Assembly (NCBI GenBank): GCA_019058275.1
Contig: JAHLVW010000062.1
Coordinates: forward strand, 1 to 64,000
Reading direction: 5' to 3'
Source of the DNA: Candidatus Heimdallarchaeota archaeon
GTDB lineage: Archaea; Asgardarchaeota; Heimdallarchaeia; JABLTI01
Length of the DNA stretch: 64,000 bases
Part shown: piece after piece, positions 38,061-47,947 of the stretch
Position numbering within the stretch: the stretch's first letter is position 1
How the letters are laid out: every line of letters begins with the position of its first letter
The notes under the pieces: generated by a model
Seen by the model: only the letters and a program-made list of their open reading frames with translations
What the model was told of the DNA's origin: nothing
Databases searched by the model: none
Translations under genes and position numbers: made by a program

Positions 38061-39322
38061 TTGAAAACCTCCTTTGGTGGTTCAACTATTTTCCCTTCTA
38101 AAACAGAAGCTGCTACAGTTGCAGGGCTGCCTAGATAAATACCAGTATCTTCTTTACAGCCCATTCTTCCCTTGAAATTACGGTTTGCAGAGGATATTGC
38201 TGTTTCTCCTGGAGCTAAGCATCCACCATATGCACCAAGGCAAGGACCACATGCTGGCACAGCAAGTTCGCCACCTGATTCTACTAAGGTTTGTATAGCG
38301 CCTGACTTCATCCCTTCAAGTAATACAACTTGAGAAGCTGGATAAACTAAAAGCCTAACTCCTTTTTTGATTTTCTTTCCTTTCAAAACTTTTGCTGCAG
38401 CTTCAAGGTCATCAATTCTACCGTTAGTACATGTTCCCAATAGTCCAACATCAACTTCAATTTCAGAGAGTTCGCTTATTGGTGAAACATTATCAACATT
38501 GTGAGGTTTAGAAACAACTGGTGTAATCTCATTTAGGTTAAAACTTTCTTCACTAATGTAACTAGCATCTTGATCTGGTAAGACTATTTTGTATGGATCT
38601 AATGCTCGATTCTCGAGATATTTGTCAGTTATTTTATCAGCAGGGAACATACCTGCTTTACCATCCATTTCAGCTACCATGTTACATAAGGTTAATCTTT
38701 CACTTATTGAGAAATTCTCAGTTGCTGATCCATGAAATTCTACAGCTTTATAGCTAGCTCCATCTGAGCGTATTTTACCAATGATTTGTAGAATAACATC
38801 TTTAGCAAATACATTATTTGCTAGTTCGTCTTCAAGGTTGATTTTTATCGTTTCCGGAACTTTTAACCATGTTTGACCGATAGCCCATATACTTGCTGCT
38901 TCTGTTCTACCTATTGGGATTCCTGCAGCACCAAGTGCTCCATGTGATGTTGTATGAGAATCTGAACCAAAGATTACTACGCCTGGTACTACATGTCCTT
39001 CTTGTGCTAATAATTGATGACAAATCCCTGCTCCACAATCATAAAAGTACTTAATATTTTGTTCTTTAACAAAATGTCTTATTTTCTTATGATTAGCAGC
39101 TTTCTTTTCATCTGGGGGCGGCACAGCATGATCCAGTGCAATAAAGATTTTTTCCGGATTCCAAACTTTTCTTGCACCAATTGTTTTGAATTTACCAATA
39201 ATTGCTGCAGAATTGTCATGAGTGAGAATCCTGTGTGGCTCTACAAAAACTATCGAACCTTCTTTGGGTTTTTTAATTCCTGAAACGTTGCTTATTATCT
39301 TTTGTATCAATGTTTGTCCCAT
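38057..39322 (-). CDS. leuC: 3-isopropylmalate dehydratase / homoaconitase large subunit
   Basis: DH, GICHQ, DSHT, GTCTNGR, CGPCLG, NRNFKGRMG. Confidence 0.9.
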   Translation of the reverse strand: MGQTLIQKIISNVSGIKKPKEGSIVFVEPHRILTHDNSAAIIGKFKTIGARKVWNPEKIFIALDHAVPPPDEKKAANHKKIRHFVKEQNIKYFYDCGAGICHQLLAQEGHVVPGVVIFGSDSHTTSHGALGAAGIPIGRTEAASIWAIGQTWLKVPETIKINLEDELANNVFAKDVILQIIGKIRSDGASYKAVEFHGSATENFSISERLTLCNMVAEMDGKAGMFPADKITDKYLENRALDPYKIVLPDQDASYISEESFNLNEITPVVSKPHNVDNVSPISELSEIEVDVGLLGTCTNGRIDDLEAAAKVLKGKKIKKGVRLLVYPASQVVLLEGMKSGAIQTLVESGGELAVPACGPCLGAYGGCLAPGETAISSANRNFKGRMGCKEDTGIYLGSPATVAASVLEGKIVEPPKEVFK

Positions 39323-39521
39323 AGCAATCTACCAATTGTCTTACTAAATCAAATGCCTTTTATCTATAATTTAGTTGATAAATTTATTGTCAAGCTCTAA
39401 CTTTTGTAGTTACTGTTATGAATCAGCTTTTACTTTGTGACAATTAACATAGTTTTAAATATGTTTATGTATGTAAATTATATGTAGCTGTATGTATTAT
39501 TTTGCTTAAATTGATGAAGAG

Positions 39522-39746
39522 GTGAAAAAAATGACTAAACAAGTCAATGCAACTATCCAAGAAAATGTTAAAGAAATCGATGAAATGGAATCAAATCTAC
39601 AACATGTAATTAACGATTTAATAGATGAAGCTGAATATCAATCTAAACTAGTCTCTCAACATGTTTCAATGATTATTACCCACTTAGCAATGGTTGCAGC
39701 CTCTTTAAGAGTTAAAAAACAACAACAAATTATGAAGATAAAATAA
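39522..39746 (+). CDS. Small helical/coiled-coil hypothetical protein
   Basis: GAGGTG SD before ATG 39531; heptad-like sequence. Confidence 0.6.
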   Translation: MKKMTKQVNATIQENVKEIDEMESNLQHVINDLIDEAEYQSKLVSQHVSMIITHLAMVAASLRVKKQQQIMKIK

Positions 39747-39779
39747 CTGACAGTTCAAAAAGATTTGATTTCCTTTTTT

Positions 39780-41231
39780 TCATTTATCTCGAGGCGAGAT
39801 GTAGGTTTTATTTTCAATAAAGACAATTTGAGCATCTATTTCTTGTTTATTAATAAGATCGAAAAGAATCTGTATTGCGCTATTTGCATCATCTTGGAAG
39901 AAGGAGCTTAAAACATCGAGAGGTAGAATTGTGACATTTGAGAGAACATCATCTATTCTGCATTTTATCATATTGTTAATGATTTTATTCGAGAAATTAT
40001 AACCCAATTTTGGATCAACGACTTCTGAAATCTTCTTGATATTACATTCCTTAAAGTGGAAAAGAAAATTGGATATGGAATCTTTAAATGGTTTCTCAAA
40101 AACACCCTTGACATATTTAGATTCTAAGAATGAATTCCATTTAGTTTGATCAACAGAACGAATTAATCCATAAGCAATAATGATTGCATTATAATCTTCT
40201 AATAGTTTAACGAATTCAGTCGCATCATCCTTATTTTTGGAAATTTTGTAAATATAGTTATTGACTATAATTTCTTGAATGTCAAAATTGTTGACAAAAA
40301 TTTTCAAGTTAAGATTATGAATTCTATTTTTAGTAATATTTTTGCACATCTTTCCATCAATGATCAATTTACCAAAAAAATCATTGAGATCAAGAATAAG
40401 TATCTCCTCATTTTTCGTTGTTGCTGTTCGAGTTAACCATCTGATAATAACCTGCTCAACTTCTTTACTTGGTTCATTGTAGACTGATTGCAACCCTTCA
40501 AGAAAAACTGGAACAAGAAGTTCAGGTGAATTTTCTGATATTTTATTTAAAATTAATGCAGCGCTTAATCTAATTTGTAAATCAGTTGTAACCATTTGTT
40601 TCAAGAGATTTGATAATGCTCTTTTTCTGAATTTTTTATTTTTCTTAAGTTTATTAATTAACTCAATGATCAGAATTTGTTTAGTCTCATTATCTTTTTC
40701 ATCTACGATTTTCTTGAATGATTCCTTAAAAGCAATTTCCATTTGGTTTTTTGTTTCTCTTTCTTTAGTACTAGTTTTTGTAGTTAAACACTGGTATTTG
40801 CTTTTAACCTTATTTTTAGGTAACTTAGATATTTCTGAAACTTTTTTTGTGCTAGGTTTTATAGATTGGTTATTACTAGGCTTGTTTTTGCTATCTTTCT
40901 CTTTCATGTCTTGTTCTTCAGTTTTATCTACTTCATCTAGTATTTCAACCATTACGAGATCTTCTGTAGATATAGGTTGGATTTCAAATAATCGTTTCAA
41001 AAGAATGACTTCACCGATTTTGCTAATTAGTTGTACAGGAATTGTTTCTTCGACAATAAAATCACTATCAAGTTCAGTTTTAATAGAAATTCTTAATCGT
41101 AGTTTATTTTTTTCGTCTTTGAAAACACCAACACAATTTGCAAGGATGTGACCATTAGGATCTACGATAGTTTTACCTACTAAATTCTCTTCAGTAAAAT
41201 CTTCTTCCTTAGGTGTTTTCGAACGTATCAT
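39780..41231 (-). CDS. PRC-barrel, basic linker, ARM/HEAT-like repeats and possible PCI-type winged helix
   Basis: LVGKTIVDPNG....C and I..IGEVILLK (PRC barrel); IRLSAALIL (HEAT); DLINKQEIDAQI C-terminus. Confidence 0.55.
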   Translation of the reverse strand: MIRSKTPKEEDFTEENLVGKTIVDPNGHILANCVGVFKDEKNKLRLRISIKTELDSDFIVEETIPVQLISKIGEVILLKRLFEIQPISTEDLVMVEILDEVDKTEEQDMKEKDSKNKPSNNQSIKPSTKKVSEISKLPKNKVKSKYQCLTTKTSTKERETKNQMEIAFKESFKKIVDEKDNETKQILIIELINKLKKNKKFRKRALSNLLKQMVTTDLQIRLSAALILNKISENSPELLVPVFLEGLQSVYNEPSKEVEQVIIRWLTRTATTKNEEILILDLNDFFGKLIIDGKMCKNITKNRIHNLNLKIFVNNFDIQEIIVNNYIYKISKNKDDATEFVKLLEDYNAIIIAYGLIRSVDQTKWNSFLESKYVKGVFEKPFKDSISNFLFHFKECNIKKISEVVDPKLGYNFSNKIINNMIKCRIDDVLSNVTILPLDVLSSFFQDDANSAIQILFDLINKQEIDAQIVFIENKTYISPRDK

Positions 41232-41441
41232 AATTACTCACTGCTATTTCTTGATTCCAAATAAAGTACTTTTTTCTCCAAGCTAAATTAATTAGAGGTG
41301 TTTTGAAATGAAATCTCTCTAATTTTCAATTAAAAAATAAGCTAAGTTATTGTTATTTAATGTATTGACTCGAGATTTTTTACTAGAATATATCTTATCT
41401 ATCTAAAATTTATATATTGAAATCATGGACATAAATGTAGG

Positions 41442-42944
41442 ATGTTAGAACTTTCACCTTATTTGATAGTAGCAGTGTTCAATCAAATAAAAAACAATCG
41501 AGGTGTATCTGAAGAGGAAATTGTGAATAATCTTCTTAAGAAAACAGGATTAGAGAGTGATAGAATAAAAGAATCAATAAAGAAATCAATAGATTTTCTT
41601 CTGGACTCAAAACTAATAGCTGTTTTACCTGGAGAGAAAAAACGATACAAGAAAGTCGACAAAGCAGAACTTTCAATTTCTGAATCAATCTCAAATGGTT
41701 TTACAAGAAAAGCAAAAGAGATCGCCAGAAGAACACTTTCAACTGTACCAGGAAACAAAATAAGAGAAGCATTGTTAGGTAAAAAAGTGTCAGATTGTAT
41801 TCTTGCTGAAAACCCCCTTTCAATAAAGTGTTATTCGCCTGTAGGATATACTGAATATCAATTCGACTTGAAGGATTTAGATTCCGAGAATGAAATTGCT
41901 GAGTTAATAAAACGATTAAATCATTATCCAACTTACCAGATAATATACGATGTACCTATTATTGAAAACTTGGATCTAAAGTTTGAATTTCCATCTGAAA
42001 AACTAATTTCAGCTTCTGATGCAAGTAGATATACAATTCCTGTACAAAGTCCAATTGCAACTAATGATCTTACACGTTCGCGTCAATTACTATTTACAGT
42101 AGCATCAGCATGTAGGTGGGTTGGAAAATTCTCTCCTGAGGGTCCTGTAGGTGAATTTGAGAGTATCCCTGATTTAATTGATATTAATGATAGCTTTGGT
42201 TATGGGGCAATCGAAGAAATAACAACATTACAACAACAAGATTTTGTTGCTGATCAGAATTTTGCTCAATCATATTTCCAAATGGAAAAAATGCATAATG
42301 AAGTCGATTTGATAGGTTTTGACGAAAAACCTACTCATTATCATATTAGAGATGGACCTATAGTACCTCACAGTTATAGGGATCCAAGATTCTATGAAGC
42401 GTTAAGCCAATCAAAACAACTTGTGGATATAGCTTTACACAGAAATATTCTATATTTTGGGTATATCAAATTTTCAGCCGATAAAGCATTGACCTCACTG
42501 ATCAATAGTGTCATTTTTAACAATATTTTGAAAGGTTCTGTACCTGAGAATTTCTGGAGTGATTTTGGACTATTAAGTCAAGTGCTAGAGGATCAGGACG
42601 TAACAGTTCCTATCATTCGTTTAGATAGAGGGTATGATGATCAGAAAAGAAAGTGCTTAATACCATATATGAGCTTCTATATGAAAATCTTCGATTGGGT
42701 ATCAAGAATAGATATACCATGGATGCTTTGCAGAAACGATCCAATAGGTTACCGGAATAAAGTAGCACAATTGGTATATTCCTTATCATCAATTGAATAT
42801 TCAAAACCAGGAACTTCTCAAATTGTTCCTTTTCCAATTGCAATGGTAGATGAAATGGCTAGGATTGTTGCTCGAAACTTCATAGATATATCAATAAAGC
42901 AATTTTATGAAGAACTTGGTCAATTAATTGATAACACAGAATAG
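41442..42944 (+). CDS. nurA: NurA-family nuclease with N-terminal winged-helix extension
   Basis: ASDAS, RDGPI, GYIK, RIDIP, PFPIAMVDEMAR; N-terminal helix-helix-wing pattern. Confidence 0.7.
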   Translation: MLELSPYLIVAVFNQIKNNRGVSEEEIVNNLLKKTGLESDRIKESIKKSIDFLLDSKLIAVLPGEKKRYKKVDKAELSISESISNGFTRKAKEIARRTLSTVPGNKIREALLGKKVSDCILAENPLSIKCYSPVGYTEYQFDLKDLDSENEIAELIKRLNHYPTYQIIYDVPIIENLDLKFEFPSEKLISASDASRYTIPVQSPIATNDLTRSRQLLFTVASACRWVGKFSPEGPVGEFESIPDLIDINDSFGYGAIEEITTLQQQDFVADQNFAQSYFQMEKMHNEVDLIGFDEKPTHYHIRDGPIVPHSYRDPRFYEALSQSKQLVDIALHRNILYFGYIKFSADKALTSLINSVIFNNILKGSVPENFWSDFGLLSQVLEDQDVTVPIIRLDRGYDDQKRKCLIPYMSFYMKIFDWVSRIDIPWMLCRNDPIGYRNKVAQLVYSLSSIEYSKPGTSQIVPFPIAMVDEMARIVARNFIDISIKQFYEELGQLIDNTE

Positions 42945-42945
42945 C

Positions 42946-43317
42946 TTAGAATGCTGAGAATATCCAGGCTACACCTAATAATAGGAAAATTATTCCAGGA
43001 ATGATAATAGAAGCTAATAGCATGAAAAATCGTTTATCTTCATTAGTTTTGAATTGTGGATATGTACCAAAATCAAAATAATATAACTTTTTCTTTTCTT
43101 TTACTTTCTTGTCTTCATTTATACAAATGATAATACCATTCTTAATTAGATAATTGATTTTTGACTGATATAGATTCAAATCAAGGTTGAGTTCTTCTAA
43201 AGTACATGGATGTTCTTTATCAACAGCTCCCATTGAATAATAACGATCAACAATATGTATTCTCTTTGGTTTAATCTTAGTATTTTCCTTTTCAGAATCT
43301 TCATTTGATTTAGGCAT
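42946..43317 (-). CDS. Small winged-helix-like protein with C-terminal TM (tail-anchored)
   Basis: TLEELNL...INYLIKNGII...YY followed by a hydrophobic C-terminus. Confidence 0.6.
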   Translation of the reverse strand: MPKSNEDSEKENTKIKPKRIHIVDRYYSMGAVDKEHPCTLEELNLDLNLYQSKINYLIKNGIIICINEDKKVKEKKKLYYFDFGTYPQFKTNEDKRFFMLLASIIIPGIIFLLLGVAWIFSAF

Positions 43318-43403
43318 TTACCTTCTTCCCAACCTTACATCTGATTTAACAACTTGTTTACTAAATAAGCTATATATGCAGAAGCAATTTATACTTTTAC
43401 ATT

Positions 43404-44069
43404 TCATTTTGAAAAGCACTCTTTAAAATCATCATGAATTTTAGGATGTTCATGGATAAATGAAAGCCAGCACAAAGTATCAATGATATATTTTGTTGCT
43501 CGTATATCAATAGAAGTTAATAAATCAAGGATTTCTGGATTATCGATTTTATTAATCTTCTCTACATCTATTCTTTTCTTTTGGGTAAATACCTCAAATA
43601 CCTTTTTGAAACATTTCTCATCAAAACTGGAATAATTCTGCATTTGGCATAAAATCTTGCCAATAATAAGATAATATTCCTCTTCTTCATCCTTCTTTTT
43701 GGTATCAATATCTAGTGCAATGTAGAAAACCTTAGCAGTTCGGGAATATAAGGACAAAGTTTTGATATGGCTTTCTGAATAAGTAATAATTCTTTTACCT
43801 GCTTCCATAACAAGATTAGCTTTCTTTAATTTGTTAAGATATCCATAAATTGTTTTATCAGATTTCTCTGCATTAACCTCTCTAAATGCGTTCTTAATAT
43901 CCTCAAAAGTTAATGGTCCCGCTAAAAGGAAATTTAAAAGAAGTTCACAATTCTTATCATCTTGTAGGCATTTTGTACTTTTAACGTCATAAATAGTCTT
44001 TACTAACTTCTCTTTGTTCATTATAACATCTTGAGTTTTCATTTTGAACCAACTTAATATGTAGCACAA
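43404..44069 (-). CDS. ArsR-like winged-helix transcription regulator (paralogue 1)
   Basis: GPLT.E.I....KSDKTIYGYL.KLKKA.LV.EAGKR...YSRTAK; likely start ATG 44042. Confidence 0.8.
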   Translation of the reverse strand: MCYILSWFKMKTQDVIMNKEKLVKTIYDVKSTKCLQDDKNCELLLNFLLAGPLTFEDIKNAFREVNAEKSDKTIYGYLNKLKKANLVMEAGKRIITYSESHIKTLSLYSRTAKVFYIALDIDTKKKDEEEEYYLIIGKILCQMQNYSSFDEKCFKKVFEVFTQKKRIDVEKINKIDNPEILDLLTSIDIRATKYIIDTLCWLSFIHEHPKIHDDFKECFSK

Positions 44070-44178
44070 CCTATTTTTATGTTTTTCACATAAAACTGGA
44101 AAAAATCAAGAATACAATGTAAAAAATGATAGAATTTATTCTCATACAAAAATTATTTGCTGGAAAAAAAGAATTGTT

Positions 44179-44829
44179 TTACCTAAAGCATTTGACAAAC
44201 TCTTTTAGAACTTCTGGGTGTTCCTCAAATAGTAATACCCATCCTGCAAAGTCAAGTATGGGGTATAGTTCATGTATATCTAATTCTTGAATTAAGCTTA
44301 ACAGTTTTTCGTTATTATTACCTTCAAAGAATTGCGCAATAGTATTATTTTTTTGTGTATAAACTCCTTCAATTTTCTCTTTCAAACATGCTTTATCAGC
44401 AGAATTCTTGAAATTCATACGCTCTTGGAATATTAAATTAACAATTTCCAATGATTTTGATCGTAGCTCTTCTTCAGGACCAAAAACACCTAATGGGGCA
44501 AAAATTATCTTTGACACTCTAGAGAATAATGTCTGAGTTTTGATTTGGTTTTCAGTATCTGAAAGAAACCTTTTTCCAGCCTCAATAACTAAACCAGTTT
44601 TTTTCAATTTACTAAGATATCGATAGATGCTTTTATCAGATTTATCATTACCTGATTTCTTAAAAGCAACTTCCAATTCCTCTACAGTTAAAGGACCTTT
44701 AAATAAGAAATGTAACACTTGTCTATGGTTTTCATCTGCCAATGTATCTTTAATATCATCACTCGAGAAGAATTGAACAATTTTTTGTTGATTAGTAATA
44801 ATATCTCTTTGACTCATATATTCCGCCAT
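44179..44829 (-). CDS. ArsR-like winged-helix transcription regulator (paralogue 2)
   Basis: GPLTVEEL....KSDKSIYRYL.KLKK.GLVIEAGKR...FSRVSK. Confidence 0.82.
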   Translation of the reverse strand: MAEYMSQRDIITNQQKIVQFFSSDDIKDTLADENHRQVLHFLFKGPLTVEELEVAFKKSGNDKSDKSIYRYLSKLKKTGLVIEAGKRFLSDTENQIKTQTLFSRVSKIIFAPLGVFGPEEELRSKSLEIVNLIFQERMNFKNSADKACLKEKIEGVYTQKNNTIAQFFEGNNNEKLLSLIQELDIHELYPILDFAGWVLLFEEHPEVLKEFVKCFR

Positions 44830-44933
44830 TTTAATATTAATTTTTTATATTTAATATCTTCTGTTGAATAATGTCGTTAATAGTTATTAAATCTATTATT
44901 TATAAGAATATTTATAACTATAATCATAGAATA

Positions 44934-44955
44934 TATTCTCATGTTATTGAGAATA
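44934..44955. promoter_or_regulatory. Palindromic operator candidate upstream of the wHTH pair
   Basis: TATTCTCA-N6-TGAGAATA; a half site TATTCTCA recurs near 44137, upstream of the second paralogue. Confidence 0.5.
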
Positions 44956-45012
44956 GAAATGTCTATTTTCAAGACAAATTACCCTTTCCTCAAAGGTTCA
45001 TTAAATAGGTAT

Positions 45013-45099
45013 GAATCACAAGAGAACTATATCCCGAATAATCTTATGCTTAATCATCAAAAATTCGGATCCTTCTGAATCTTGGTTCTCTCGTGATTC
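45013..45099 (-). ncRNA. Candidate structured RNA (long interrupted hairpin)
   Basis: 15-bp outer stem whose single mismatch is a G-U pair on the minus strand; inner CCGAAT/ATTCGG stem. Confidence 0.4.
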
Positions 45100-45149
45100 T
45101 CTATTTTTTATTTTTCAATAAGAAGTTATTTTGTAATTGACATCAACAC

Positions 45150-46577
45150 TCAATCATATGTTTCTACTTCTAAAGGACTATCACTTTTCATTGTAATATC
45201 TTCGAGTTTTGGTGTAATGACATCTTCTGTAATTTTATTCTCTTCATCCAATTGTTCAATATTTGATTCCTTATCCATTGCTTCTCGTTCTTTACCAACT
45301 AAGGGCATTAATATGATAGTTGGAACTAGACCTAAAATGTAAACAAAAGTTGTTATGATAAAACAAAGAAAGAAATTGTTGTTATCTCCTACTAGAAATC
45401 CTCCAATAAAAGCTGAAACATTCCAGAACAAACCCCATGCAATAGCTTCTATAGAATTCCATTTACCTCTTTGCTTTTTAGGTATAATGTCCATTAAAAT
45501 TGATCTGCTAAGAGGTTGAGCTGCATTCATGAATGCTCCTCTAGCGATGAAAATAGGAATTAAAACTCCTAAAGGTGGATAAATTACTATTACTAACAAG
45601 CATGCTGTAGCAATGAATTGTACTGTAAATATGGTTTGTACTCTTCCAAGTTTAAGAGATAATTTTTGGGAAACAACTGCTAAAATTCCAGTCGCTAATG
45701 CAGTAGCACCCATGATTGCTTGTATAATAATTGGAGACATTGTATAATAATCTCTGAAGAATACTGGAAAATATTTGATAGTCATACCTGCACCAATCCC
45801 AATAATGACATTTCCTCCAACAAGCAAATATGGGATTAATTTCGCAGCTTTATTGCTGTCCATATTAGCTAGTCGACTTATTCCATTTACTTGGGCAACT
45901 TCTTCTGCTATAGCTTCACTTTCTTCACCTAAAGAACGCTTATCTTTAAACAGAAATAAAATAACTATAGCGATTAGACTGATAGCAAAACCAACAGACA
46001 TTACATTTCTCATAGAAACAAGATCATGAACATTTCCAAAGATAGCAAATAAACCAATGTTAATGAAAGGACCTGCAGCCATAGCAACTTGTCTAACCAA
46101 ATGATTCCAAGAATAAATCCTTGAACGATATCCTGATTCAACTGAATCCGCAAATATGGATTCTGATGTAGGTCTAATAAAAGCATTAAACAATCCCCAA
46201 AGTAACATTGAAACGAGAATAAAGATGATTGATTGACCAAAAATTAGGAAACCAATACCAGCTAATCCTATAGGAGTAGCTAATTTCATTATTATGTCTC
46301 TACGGAATTTATCAGCAAGAAATCCTGCAGGAAAAACAAAGAGTGTCATTGTTATACCAGATGCTGCAGCTGTTAGACCAAGAATTTCATTGGAACTTAA
46401 ACCCAGAAAGTCACTGCCTTCAGCAAAGAGACTAATGTATAAACTCAAAACACTACCCATCCAAATCCCTCTACCCAAAGAGCTAGAAATATTGAAAGCA
46501 AATATTAGTTTAACATTGTAATTCATCGAACGAATTACTTCTCTTGTTGAAACTTTTGAATTAATATCATTAGCCAT
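45150..46577 (-). CDS. MFS transporter
   Basis: GFLADKFRR motif A; about 12 TM helices; LMDIIPKKQRGKWNS. Confidence 0.9.
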   Translation of the reverse strand: MANDINSKVSTREVIRSMNYNVKLIFAFNISSSLGRGIWMGSVLSLYISLFAEGSDFLGLSSNEILGLTAAASGITMTLFVFPAGFLADKFRRDIIMKLATPIGLAGIGFLIFGQSIIFILVSMLLWGLFNAFIRPTSESIFADSVESGYRSRIYSWNHLVRQVAMAAGPFINIGLFAIFGNVHDLVSMRNVMSVGFAISLIAIVILFLFKDKRSLGEESEAIAEEVAQVNGISRLANMDSNKAAKLIPYLLVGGNVIIGIGAGMTIKYFPVFFRDYYTMSPIIIQAIMGATALATGILAVVSQKLSLKLGRVQTIFTVQFIATACLLVIVIYPPLGVLIPIFIARGAFMNAAQPLSRSILMDIIPKKQRGKWNSIEAIAWGLFWNVSAFIGGFLVGDNNNFFLCFIITTFVYILGLVPTIILMPLVGKEREAMDKESNIEQLDEENKITEDVITPKLEDITMKSDSPLEVETYD

Positions 46578-46811
46578 TTTGTGTATTTCCGTGGAAATTC
46601 ATTCAAATTTGGTTGAATAGTCAACAAAGCCTTTCCTTTAAAAAAAATTCTAACACTTTTAATTTTTTGCTTTAGGAAATTAAAAATTTAACTTGAATAA
46701 AAAAGTCATTATTAATTAGTAATTCCTAATGAATATTAGAATTCAAAAAAGATGTTTGGGAATAATTTTTATTCTTTTAAATCCCTAATTATCCACTAAT
46801 GGGTGTAAAAA

Positions 46812-47318
46812 ATGGATGCACTTGAATTAATAAAAGGTAGAAGAAGTATCAGAAAATATAAATCAAAACCAATTGAAGAAGAAAAGATTTTGAAATGTCT
46901 CGAGGCAGCAAGGTGGGCACCATCTGCTTCAAACAAACAACCATGGGAATTCATTATAGTAAAGGATGAAAAAACTCGTCATAAACTTGCTGAAATTCAT
47001 CCATATGCAAAATTTGTTGCTGAAAGTCCAGTGGTATTTGTTCCATTAACAAATCCAAATATTCATCCAAAATATCATATGTCTGATACTGGCTTAACTA
47101 TTCAGAATTTTATGTTACAAGCTCATGCACTGGGTCTTGGTACTTGTTGGGCAGGAGTCATTGCTTCATCTATTGAACCACCAATCAAAGAATTGCTTAA
47201 TGTTCCAGATCATCTAAATATTATGGCATTGGTTGCTCTTGGCTATCCGGATCAAGAACGAGAATCTTCAAGAAAGTCACTTGAGGAAATAATTCATTGG
47301 GAAAAGTACTCCGAATAA
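46812..47318 (+). CDS. Nitroreductase family protein
   Basis: RRSIRKY, APSASNKQPW, LGLGTCW, LGYP. Confidence 0.95.
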   Translation: MDALELIKGRRSIRKYKSKPIEEEKILKCLEAARWAPSASNKQPWEFIIVKDEKTRHKLAEIHPYAKFVAESPVVFVPLTNPNIHPKYHMSDTGLTIQNFMLQAHALGLGTCWAGVIASSIEPPIKELLNVPDHLNIMALVALGYPDQERESSRKSLEEIIHWEKYSE

Positions 47319-47324
47319 AACCTA

Positions 47325-47938
47325 TTGGTGAAATTTATGAGTATATTTCATGTATTGGCTATTTGCGGAATGCTAAGTCCAATTATTTATACTTTGATGT
47401 GGATTATTGGTGATGTATTGGTACCTGATTATAATCATATACGAGATGATGTAAGCTCACTTTTTGCTGTTGATGCTTATAGAAGATGGTTTTTCCAATC
47501 TTTCATGATTCTTTCTAGTGCATTGTTACTAGCATTTTTCATAGGATTATATTGGGGAGTAAATAACGGAGAAGGATTAATTGTAGGACCTATTCTATTC
47601 ATCATAAGCTTAGTAATTGGTTTGCTTGTTTCTTCCCGTTAGATACTGGAGGTGAAATGACAACTTGGAGAGGGAAAATGCATTTAATTCTTATAATCAT
47701 ATCGGGAATATTAACAATTACAGCAATGGTGTTTATGTTCTTTAGATTAAGATCGGTAGAAGGATGGAGTGGTTTTGCAATATATTCATTAATAGCAGCT
47801 ATTGTGTCATTGATTCTAGTATTGGTATCTGGTATCTTTATAACTAGCAATTATATGGGTCTAATTGAAAGATTCATGGTTAGCTCATATCAAATATTCT
47901 ACTTTGTTTTTGGTCTGATGGTGTATCTTAGGAATTAA
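47325..47938 (+). pseudogene. DUF998 family membrane protein split by a frameshift near 47630
   Basis: PDYNHIRDDVSSL in ORF1; FPLDTGG...GKMH...GLIER in the second frame. Confidence 0.75.
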
Positions 47939-47947
47939 TTAAATAAA

